64,000 nt of DNA, taken from IMG/VR virus record IMGVR_UViG_3300033475_000013, positions 13,944 through 77,943 of that record; one strand, given 5' to 3'. The stretch's first letter is position 1. Every line of letters begins with the position of its first letter. The notes beneath the pieces were generated by a model. It searched no databases, was not told where the DNA came from, and saw only the letters and a list, made by a program, of their open reading frames with translations. Shown here in pieces: positions 56,938-64,000 of this stretch. Source of the DNA: a virus (lineage: Duplodnaviria; Caudoviricetes). Made by a program: the position numbers and the translations under genes.

Positions 56938-57384
56938 ATGAATTTTATTAATAAAGTTTATAAATGGCTTTCTGCTCAGGATGCCATTCTTATCATTGTC
57001 ATAGCTATTGTAATGAATCGTTTTACAAGCTGGCTACCAGAATATTATTACATTAAACCCTTTCCTTTTCATAAAATCCTTGATAAAGATGGTCATGAAA
57101 CAGGGCTTACGATTCAAACTTATTACTACATTTTTTGCTATCACCTCCAGTGGTTAGCCTTCTGGCAATACTGTAAAACTAAAAATAAAGCCATTCCACA
57201 GGCAAATAAGATGTTTTATGCTTTCAGAGCGATAGAGATTGTATCTTTACTTGACTTCTTTCTTATCTATGAACAATCCTGGGGAACAGTTTTTGGATGG
57301 GGAGTAGAGTTCACAGACTTTAAAATACTTTTATACTTAATCTTCTTCGTAAAATGGACAAATTTCAGACGATCTTCTTTATAG
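56938..57384 (+). CDS. Multi-pass membrane protein
   Basis: Several hydrophobic segments. Confidence 0.65.
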   Translation: MNFINKVYKWLSAQDAILIIVIAIVMNRFTSWLPEYYYIKPFPFHKILDKDGHETGLTIQTYYYIFCYHLQWLAFWQYCKTKNKAIPQANKMFYAFRAIEIVSLLDFFLIYEQSWGTVFGWGVEFTDFKILLYLIFFVKWTNFRRSSL

Positions 57385-57599
57385 TTTATGGTTCTGTACT
57401 CGGGTGGCTTTCACTATCCAGCATCAGGCAGGGTAAACAAATTGTCGTACAGCAGGCAACAAGCGGTAACATTGACCGGACTTTAACAGCCATGGATAAA
57501 AAAATTGATGCATTAGGTGTCAGAATTGATTTGTTCATGAAGAATGAAATTGACGTTCTAAAAGACATTTCAAAATCATTTGTTAAAAATGGAAACTAA
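57354..57599 (+). CDS. Holin-like / TM-coiled-coil protein
   Basis: One TM segment then coiled coil; directly upstream of the putative lysin. Confidence 0.5.
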   Translation: MDKFQTIFFIVYGSVLGWLSLSSIRQGKQIVVQQATSGNIDRTLTAMDKKIDALGVRIDLFMKNEIDVLKDISKSFVKNGN

Positions 57600-58071
57600 T
57601 TTAAAACACTTCATTCTTGAACGGGTCTATTTACCTACTGAAACACTAGGTAGTTGGTATGATGGGGCTACATTGATTTGTAAGACGATGGAATTAAGGT
57701 GGCTAAACAACCAACGTGATAATCCTAACACTGTTGAGAATGATGCAAGCTGTATTCCTGAAGGTGTTTATATTATCGAGAAGCAGGCACCAAAGGAAGA
57801 TCGTCCTTACGGATATTTTAGATTTCGGGCTATTCCTGGGCGATCATTAAATAAATACATCAAAGACAAGCTTGGAAATTATATGAGTTCTATTCTTGTT
57901 CATCGTATCTCATATGTTAAAGACTTACTCGGATGCCTTGGTGTGGGGGGTAGATTTGCTGATTTGAATAAAGATGGTGTATTGGATATGGCAGATAGTT
58001 CTTCAAAACTTGAATGGATGTATCGTAATTTACCAGATGTTTTTATTTTAGAAATAAAGAAAAAGCCATGA
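57580..58071 (+). CDS. DUF5675-family putative endolysin
   Basis: LER...TLG...CKTMEL...SCIPEGVY...ILVH...GCLGVG. Confidence 0.75.
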   Translation: MLKMETNLKHFILERVYLPTETLGSWYDGATLICKTMELRWLNNQRDNPNTVENDASCIPEGVYIIEKQAPKEDRPYGYFRFRAIPGRSLNKYIKDKLGNYMSSILVHRISYVKDLLGCLGVGGRFADLNKDGVLDMADSSSKLEWMYRNLPDVFILEIKKKP

Positions 58072-58733
58072 AAGAATCAACAGTAATCGGAGATGTATTT
58101 AAGATCGGTAAGTCTACCTGGAAGCTTAATTACAAACTTTGGTTAGCCAAAGTACCTTCAAAAAACTTTCTTATTTGCTTACACGGTTCAGGTGAAGTTG
58201 GCCCTGCTGATGGATCAAGAATCAGCTTAGTTCAGAAGTATGGTATTCCTAATCTGGCTGCTAATGGCTTTGAATTTGATTACAACATCATTGCTTTTCA
58301 GGTTGAGACTAATTATACGCAGTTGGTGAAATGTGCTCCACAATTTGTTATGGCAAAATTTGGTGCTGAAAAAATTGGTTGTACCGGACTCAGTCTAGGA
58401 GGTATTGCCACAGACGCATTACTACTTAAGCCAGGTGCTAGTCTGCTGAATTTCGTCGCTCCTGTATGTGGAAAGGTATCACCACCATGGTACATGAGTA
58501 TTTCCGCTTATGCTGCTACATTCCCTGAGATTCCGATTCAGGCATGGCATGGAGACAAAGACAAGACAGTATCATTTACTACGGATAAGAAATTCATTGA
58601 GGCTTATAATGCATCACACATTCATCAGGTAGATTTTCGCGTGCTACCTGGAATGGGCCATAATATTTGGGATGTTGCTTATGCGACGAATAGTGACTTA
58701 TTGAAATGGATTAATCTTCAGTTTTCACTATAA
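58068..58733 (+). CDS. Alpha/beta-hydrolase (esterase/phospholipase-like)
   Basis: CLHGSGE oxyanion motif, GLSLGG nucleophile elbow, WHGDKD, GHNIW. Confidence 0.85.
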   Translation: MKESTVIGDVFKIGKSTWKLNYKLWLAKVPSKNFLICLHGSGEVGPADGSRISLVQKYGIPNLAANGFEFDYNIIAFQVETNYTQLVKCAPQFVMAKFGAEKIGCTGLSLGGIATDALLLKPGASLLNFVAPVCGKVSPPWYMSISAYAATFPEIPIQAWHGDKDKTVSFTTDKKFIEAYNASHIHQVDFRVLPGMGHNIWDVAYATNSDLLKWINLQFSL

Positions 58734-59026
58734 TGAAATTTGTAGACAATCTCGTAAATGCATTACACAATAAACCTGAAGGATTCAGTGCCCGAAAACT
58801 CGCTTCTTTCACTGGTGTTTGTGTCTCTGTGTTTATCACAATAAAATACACTGATGATAAAGTGCTCGTTAGTGTGTTAACCGTTTGGTTGCTCTTTGCT
58901 TTATTATGTCTCGGGATTATAACTTTTCAGCAGATCATGGATTTTAAATCTGGAAGAACTACGACTACTACTTCCAATATGAAAGTAGAGACTACAGATA
59001 CCAAAACTGAGCAGAAAAATACTTAA
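58733..59026 (+). CDS. Holin-like protein with two TM segments
   Basis: FSARKL followed by two hydrophobic helices and a polar T/K-rich tail. Confidence 0.6.
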   Translation: MKFVDNLVNALHNKPEGFSARKLASFTGVCVSVFITIKYTDDKVLVSVLTVWLLFALLCLGIITFQQIMDFKSGRTTTTTSNMKVETTDTKTEQKNT

Positions 59027-59080
59027 TATTACAATTGAATCTATCTCCGAGCAGCACACTTGAAGATCTGGATGCCTCCG

Positions 59081-59114
59081 ACCCTGGGACTTGATCTCGG
59101 GGTTTTCTTTTTTT
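59081..59114 (+). terminator. Terminator of the lysis/late operon
   Basis: ACCCTGGGA-CTTGA-TCTCGGGGT then TTTCTTTTTTT. Confidence 0.7.
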
Positions 59115-59119
59115 AAAGA

Positions 59120-59157
59120 AACTCCACTAACTACGAAACTTTAAAATTAGTGGAGTT
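59120..59157. terminator. Inverted repeat, probable terminator for the minus-strand unit
   Basis: AACTCCACTAA/TTAGTGGAGTT, 11 bp. Confidence 0.5.
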
Positions 59158-59166
59158 CTATTTTAT

Positions 59167-59484
59167 TTATTTACAGCCTGCCGGTTTCGGATGACCATTA
59201 TTAATACAATAACTATTAGCTACAAGAACAGCACAAAAAGCGGTGCCACATCCATAAAGATTATAGCATTTACAATTCTGCCAGCCGTAATCAATGCTAC
59301 TTGATGCCAGATTAATTGGAATCATCTTGGGCGAAAATGTTAAATTGGAAAAGTCATGAACAAGATAAAGCTTCTCAGCACTTATCGAAGTTTCACTTTT
59401 CTTTTTTACGGTGTTTGCCTCCGTTAGGCCTGTGAGTACAGCCACTATGGCTATAGTCAACAGTATGGTAAATAGTTTACGCAT
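59167..59484 (-). CDS. Secreted protein with Cys-rich C-terminus
   Basis: Signal peptide MRKLFTILLTIAIVAVLTG; six Cys in the last ~35 aa. Confidence 0.7.
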   Translation of the reverse strand: MRKLFTILLTIAIVAVLTGLTEANTVKKKSETSISAEKLYLVHDFSNLTFSPKMIPINLASSSIDYGWQNCKCYNLYGCGTAFCAVLVANSYCINNGHPKPAGCK

Positions 59485-59487
59485 AAA

Positions 59488-60300
59488 TTATTTTAGTTCT
59501 CCAATTACATCCTGCGCAGGCATCACAAAATATTCCTCATCCTCTACCTTAACCGAACAATCAGCATTCGGCAAATACACAATCTTTGTTCCTGGAATCA
59601 AATGATCATGTCCACTATGAGCGACAATACCTTGTAACCATTTCTTATCCGGTTGCGTCTTTAAAATTATTCCTGAAGGTGAAGTAATTTCATCCCATGT
59701 CTCCATGTCTGGTTTAATGAGCACCCACTCACCTTGCATGATTATTCTGTTGAATTCTTTTTTTTGAAAGAATGAATCATCTTGATCTAAAGTAATACTC
59801 CCTATTTTATTATCACGAACAACACAAATGATCTCCGCTACATTGATCTGATATACCTCACGCTCTTTTGTCTTCTCCAGCATGTTCTCATCTTCAGTAC
59901 ACTGAGGTAAGAAGTAAACCTTATCACCAACTTTAACATCAACTCGCTCAGCAATGTCTGCCATAGTCACCACATCATACTTCTCATACGTGCTTGGGTA
60001 ATAAGCCTTATCAGAATGATTGCGATAGCCTCTGTTTATTCGATCTACAATATCATCATGGCCAACATATTTATGATAAGCAGGCATGCCATCGTCAATG
60101 GCACGGTAACCATTTTCAGAGAACATTTTTGGAACAGATAGTACTGTGCCGTAAATGCGCTTGTGTTCGTTACGATCCATATCCTTGTCATCAATCCATG
60201 CAGTATTGATCAGGATGATGCCAGCCTTTGTTTTAGTCTCTGGATAACGGCTGTCAATAGCGACGGTGAAGTAGTCTTGGATGGGTTCAATCATGGTCAC
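59488..60300 (-). CDS. Tandem GroES-like co-chaperonin with two domains
   Basis: Domain 1 EPIQDYF...TKAGII...GTVLSVP...VKVGDKVYF; domain 2 EWVLIKP...SPSGII...GIVAH...EYFVM. Confidence 0.75.
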   Translation of the reverse strand: MTMIEPIQDYFTVAIDSRYPETKTKAGIILINTAWIDDKDMDRNEHKRIYGTVLSVPKMFSENGYRAIDDGMPAYHKYVGHDDIVDRINRGYRNHSDKAYYPSTYEKYDVVTMADIAERVDVKVGDKVYFLPQCTEDENMLEKTKEREVYQINVAEIICVVRDNKIGSITLDQDDSFFQKKEFNRIIMQGEWVLIKPDMETWDEITSPSGIILKTQPDKKWLQGIVAHSGHDHLIPGTKIVYLPNADCSVKVEDEEYFVMPAQDVIGELK

Positions 60301-60381
60301 AAATATATTTTAAATAAATTAACATCTTAATATCTGTTAAGAATTAATTTCTTCGTAAACTTGTGAACTTTATGGGCATAG

Positions 60382-60414
60382 AAAAGCCCATCGACTAGCA
60401 ATCGAAGGGCTTTT
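60382..60414. terminator. Bidirectional terminator-like hairpin
   Basis: AAAAGCCC...TCGA...TCGA...GGGCTTTT. Confidence 0.6.
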
Positions 60415-60416
60415 AA

Positions 60417-60659
60417 TTAGGCATCAATCAAGGTTTTGATCTGCGATACTGTCTGAGCTACATAGTAGTCTTTCAGTACGCCACCCCAACTGGCCGTGAT
60501 TTTAGACCTTACGCCTGGGAAGTAGACGTTCTTGAAATTGTAAATGCTCGCAGGCTGATAGCTTTGGATATCAACTACAACGAAAGGTTGAGTGTATTTC
60601 TGGGCCAGATCCATGCCGGTGCTGAACTCATACACGTCAATTAAAATGTTCGTAGCCAT
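60417..60659 (-). CDS. Hypothetical protein (80 aa)
   Basis: ORF track; biased codons; upstream TATCTTTA box on the minus strand. Confidence 0.65.
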   Translation of the reverse strand: MATNILIDVYEFSTGMDLAQKYTQPFVVVDIQSYQPASIYNFKNVYFPGVRSKITASWGGVLKDYYVAQTVSQIKTLIDA

Positions 60660-60707
60660 GGTATAATTTTTTAGTTTAAATGTTAATTAACACCTAAAGA
60701 TAAAGAA

Positions 60708-61496
60708 TTGGAGAACAAATTACTATTCAAGCACGGTTGCTTCGCTGGTGACCTGATCTATGCCCTGGCAGGCATTAAAACCATCTGTGAGTCATCCGAT
60801 CACAAAGCAGTCATCTACCAATGGCTAAATCAACAAGGCAGGCTATACGAAGGTGCAGAGCACCCGTACGGATCATCCATGATGAATAAATATGCCTTTG
60901 ATATGTTGAAGCCCCTGATCGAGTCCCAGGATTATGTAGAGTCATTCAATGAATGGAAAGGAGAGAAAGTAATGGTAGATATGGATATGATCCGGCAGGT
61001 AAAGAACCACATGCCGTATGGTAATATTGTCACCTGGCTGGCGATGGTGTTCGCTGAGATGCGTCCGAAGTATTGGGAGCCATGGATTACACTCAATCAT
61101 CCTGCGATGTATAATAAGGCCTTGGAGGGAATGATTTTAATTAACCGGACATCTAGGTATCACGGGCAGTGGATTGATTATTTTTTCCTGAAGGAATATC
61201 AGGAACGGTTAATGTTTATCGGGATGCCGGAAGAGCATAAACAATTCTGCATGGAATGGGGCTTTACTATTCCTCACTATGTCGTTAATGATTTTCTGGA
61301 ATTAGCTATTGCGCTTAAATCGTGTAAGCTATTCATTGGCAATCAGTCGATGTGCTTTGCGATAGCGGAGGCGATGAAGGTTCCGAGGATACTGGAGATA
61401 TGTGACTTTGCCCCGAACGTTCATCCTTGTGGTGAGGGTGGTTATTATTTTAGAGTGCCTGAGATTTTTCAACATCTTGTAAAGCAATTGGCATGA
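60708..61496 (+). CDS. GT9-like (heptosyltransferase-type, GT-B) glycosyltransferase
   Basis: FKHG..AGDLIYAL N-terminus; LELAIALKSCKLFIGNQS...AIAEAMKVP C-terminal motif. Confidence 0.75.
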   Translation: MENKLLFKHGCFAGDLIYALAGIKTICESSDHKAVIYQWLNQQGRLYEGAEHPYGSSMMNKYAFDMLKPLIESQDYVESFNEWKGEKVMVDMDMIRQVKNHMPYGNIVTWLAMVFAEMRPKYWEPWITLNHPAMYNKALEGMILINRTSRYHGQWIDYFFLKEYQERLMFIGMPEEHKQFCMEWGFTIPHYVVNDFLELAIALKSCKLFIGNQSMCFAIAEAMKVPRILEICDFAPNVHPCGEGGYYFRVPEIFQHLVKQLA

Positions 61497-61936
61497 AAAA
61501 AGAAGAATTAAGGATTGGTAATAAAATATGGTTTGATAATCGATATGATGAAGTAGAGGTTATTACTGTAACATCTGAATTTTTTGATAAGATCGATTTA
61601 AAATTATCAAGTCACAAGCCTATTCCATTAACTGAAGAGATACTGATAAAGGCAGGATTCGAAATAGTGAATTCTTATTATTCAGATGGATATACAAATC
61701 CTTACGTTAAATTTGATAAATTAGAATATAAAAAATCTGGATTTGCTTTAGAGATATCTGAAGGAAAGATTGTAACGCTTTACTTGGCCTATCAGCAAGA
61801 TGCTCGTAATCTTTCGCAAGCATATTCAGATGAATTTACTAATTACGAAGAACGAGAAGTTGTATGTGAATACGTTCACCAACTCCAAAATATTTACTAT
61901 GCACTTCTAAATACAGAACTAACAATCAATTTATAA
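61493..61936 (+). CDS. Conserved-type phage hypothetical protein (147 aa)
   Basis: ELRIGN...PIPLTEEIL.K.GFE...YVHQLQNIYYAL. Confidence 0.75.
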   Translation: MKKEELRIGNKIWFDNRYDEVEVITVTSEFFDKIDLKLSSHKPIPLTEEILIKAGFEIVNSYYSDGYTNPYVKFDKLEYKKSGFALEISEGKIVTLYLAYQQDARNLSQAYSDEFTNYEEREVVCEYVHQLQNIYYALLNTELTINL

Positions 61937-61939
61937 TTT

Positions 61940-62431
61940 ATGGCAAAAGGAAAAGCTTACTATATGCCTGTGGAGCCACAGACAGAAGAAGAAAAAAAAG
62001 TTGCGCAGGAATCTTATGATGCCTCTGTTCAAGAGAAGGCGGAACGATTGAAGCAACTCTCGGAAGATAAAGAAGAGAAGCAGAAAGCTATCAACTTTAT
62101 GACTGAAAAGTTCGCACCATTCGAAGATCGTATTCTGGTTTATCCTGATCCAGTAGAAGAAAAGACTGCTGGCGGACTTTACAAGCCGGATGCTGCCATT
62201 GATAAAGTGAAGCCGATGATTGGCACTGTGGTTGCTGTTGGCCCAGGCAAGGCTAACTCAACTTATATGAGAACACAAAATAATAAGTATGATTCTGTAA
62301 CCACTTCAGAATTTCCGGTTCATAAAGGTATGCGAATATCGTATGGAAATTACGCTGGCACTGAGTTCATCATTGATGATGTGAAGTATTTGATTATGCG
62401 ATTCGCGGACTGTTTTGGGGAAGTGAAATGA
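61940..62431 (+). CDS. groES: Co-chaperonin GroES with N-terminal extension
   Basis: PFEDRILV.P...EEKTAGGLYKP...GTVVAVGPGK...YAGTE...YLIM. Confidence 0.9.
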   Translation: MAKGKAYYMPVEPQTEEEKKVAQESYDASVQEKAERLKQLSEDKEEKQKAINFMTEKFAPFEDRILVYPDPVEEKTAGGLYKPDAAIDKVKPMIGTVVAVGPGKANSTYMRTQNNKYDSVTTSEFPVHKGMRISYGNYAGTEFIIDDVKYLIMRFADCFGEVK

Positions 62432-63000
62432 AAACAATAAAGTTTCGCGCGTGGGATGAGCAATTTAAAATCATGCGATATGATTTTGTAGTTGGATTTA
62501 ATCCCGATCAAAAAATTACCACAGGAGTATTTGGTGGTACTCCGGGAAAAGGATTTGAACCTTTTATTGGCCGATCTATAAATGACAAGGAATTCGATTA
62601 TTTCGATATTATGCCATTCACTGGCTTCTTAGATAAGAATGGCAAAGAAATTTATGAAGGTGATATTTTTCGGGTCGAGAAAGTGGATGAAGAAATTTGT
62701 GATCAATGCGATGGCTGTGGATGGCATGAAGGCGGCGAGTCATTAAAAACATCATGTGAACATTGTAATGGGACTGGTTCTTTCATTGGCGATAAGATTT
62801 ATTACTTAGTCATAGTCTGGGTTAAAGAATGGGGTATGTTTTGTACTCTTACAGTAGAGCGTGAGTATTTTAATTACATCAATGGCGGAATTAAAGCACT
62901 TGATGAACCTATGTTTTGGACATATACATTAGAAGATACTAATAGCAAGAAATTTTTCCTTTGTGGGAATATTCACGAAACACCAGAATTACTAAAATGA
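62428..63000 (+). CDS. YopX-family protein with CxxCxGxG insertion
   Basis: IKFRAWD; MPFTGFLDKNGKEIYEGDI; CDQCDGCG and CEHCNGTG; GNIHETPELL. Confidence 0.8.
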   Translation: MKTIKFRAWDEQFKIMRYDFVVGFNPDQKITTGVFGGTPGKGFEPFIGRSINDKEFDYFDIMPFTGFLDKNGKEIYEGDIFRVEKVDEEICDQCDGCGWHEGGESLKTSCEHCNGTGSFIGDKIYYLVIVWVKEWGMFCTLTVEREYFNYINGGIKALDEPMFWTYTLEDTNSKKFFLCGNIHETPELLK

Positions 63001-64000
63001 AAGAACTTCCTAACGTAACACTTGTCATTGTTGACTGCCTTAACTACGGTGAGGCCATCATGGCACTCAAAAAAAGCTTGGAACAAATCAAGCCCCATAG
63101 CGCCATATTCTTCACCGACAAAACATTCAATGATCCTGACTTCGAGCAGATCATGATCGCGCCGATCAAATCGAAAGAAGATTACTCTAAATTCATCATA
63201 AAAGAACTCTGGCACTACATCACAACTACTCACGTGCTGATCATCCAGAACGATGGTTACGTGCTTGACGGTAGTGTGTGGACAGATGAGTTTCTTAATT
63301 ACGATTACATTGGTGCTCCTTGGTTTTACAAGGATGGACGCAATGTTGGGAATGGTGGATTCTCATTACGATCTCAACGCTTAATGTTTTTGATTGGTAA
63401 TGACACATCTGTTGTTAATACTATACATCCTGAAGATGAAGTAATCTGTCGTTTATACAGAACATTTTTGGAATCAAAAAAATGTTTATTCGCTCCCGAA
63501 GAACTTGCTCACCAGTTCGCCTACGAATGTCACGAACCATTACAGCCCACGTTCGGCTTCCATGGTAACTTCCATCCACCATTTCAAGAAAGTGTAGTCC
63601 TGAAGCGCTCAGCGGCCATGGGAGACATTATCATGATGGAACCCGTAATGGAGTATTACCACAAGGCTGGCTATCGTGTAGTGCTTGATATTCCTCCTCA
63701 ATTCTATTGGGTCTTCCAGCACCATTATTTTCCTGTTTATCATCTCAGCCAAGTAAAGCTCATTAATCCAATGGTCATCAACCTGGACATGGCTTACGAG
63801 ATCAATCCAAAACAATTGGTACTCAAATCTTACTACGATGTGTGTGGGATAAAAGATGGACCAATCAGAAATTCAAAACTCAATCATTGGGTAGATGATT
63901 CCAGTAAGTTATTTCAGAAATATATCGTGATGCACATTGATGACACAGCGATGGAGCATCGGAATGTGCATGGTGTTAACTGGAATATTGTGGCAATCTT
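62997..64000 (+). CDS. DUF5672 (GT-A-like) fused to a GT9-like domain; runs off the right edge
   Basis: Manual translation: LIIQNDGYV...YDYIGAPW...VGNGGFSLRS...PED..IC...FGFHG, then VVLKRSAAMGDIIMMEPV. Confidence 0.8.
   Translation, partial: MKELPNVTLVIVDCLNYGEAIMALKKSLEQIKPHSAIFFTDKTFNDPDFEQIMIAPIKSKEDYSKFIIKELWHYITTTHVLIIQNDGYVLDGSVWTDEFLNYDYIGAPWFYKDGRNVGNGGFSLRSQRLMFLIGNDTSVVNTIHPEDEVICRLYRTFLESKKCLFAPEELAHQFAYECHEPLQPTFGFHGNFHPPFQESVVLKRSAAMGDIIMMEPVMEYYHKAGYRVVLDIPPQFYWVFQHHYFPVYHLSQVKLINPMVINLDMAYEINPKQLVLKSYYDVCGIKDGPIRNSKLNHWVDDSSKLFQKYIVMHIDDTAMEHRNVHGVNWNIVAI

Noticed and set aside
1-64000. Stop-codon reassignment as in some crAss-like phages
   Set aside because: Core genes are full length under the standard code, TAG ends genes at sensible positions, and there is no suppressor tRNA
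1-64000. Integrase, att site or IS element
   Set aside because: No tyrosine/serine recombinase or transposase motifs recognised in this window

Overview
This 64 kb window is most of a tailed dsDNA phage genome, very likely a podovirus-type phage of a Bacteroidota host. Host inference rests on TAnnTTTG -7 promoter boxes, A-rich translation starts without Shine-Dalgarno sites, and a Bacteroidota-like DnaB N-terminus. The standard genetic code gives intact genes. Layout: (1-2.9 kb) leftward early genes; (2.9-4.7 kb) a GC-rich hairpin and a 10-mer repeat region enclosing two degenerate LAGLIDADG-like genes; (4.8-5.2 kb) five tRNAs; (5.2-12.8 kb, mostly minus strand) a C5 DNA methyltransferase with a full-length overlapping second frame, a MazG-like protein, a DnaB_N-AAA helicase and hypotheticals; (13-24 kb, plus strand) RecT, a candidate structured RNA, KTSC, exonuclease, SSB, an ADP-heptose pathway (split HldE plus GmhB), SF2 helicase, DUF1643 and VRR-NUC; (24.7-56 kb) a crAss-like virion module (TerL, portal, scaffold, MCP, tail fibre, ring and muzzle-like proteins, three ejection/cargo-like proteins); (56-59 kb) lysis genes; (59-64 kb) GroES co-chaperonins and GT9-like glycosyltransferases. 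Top leads: a phage-encoded heptose activation and transfer system, two small basic genes nested in another frame of the 1664-aa protein, the dual-frame methyltransferase, the LAGLIDADG-like pair bracketed by repeats, and a tRNA-like cloverleaf followed by a ~270-nt structured RNA. All family assignments come from motifs read by eye; no database searches were run.
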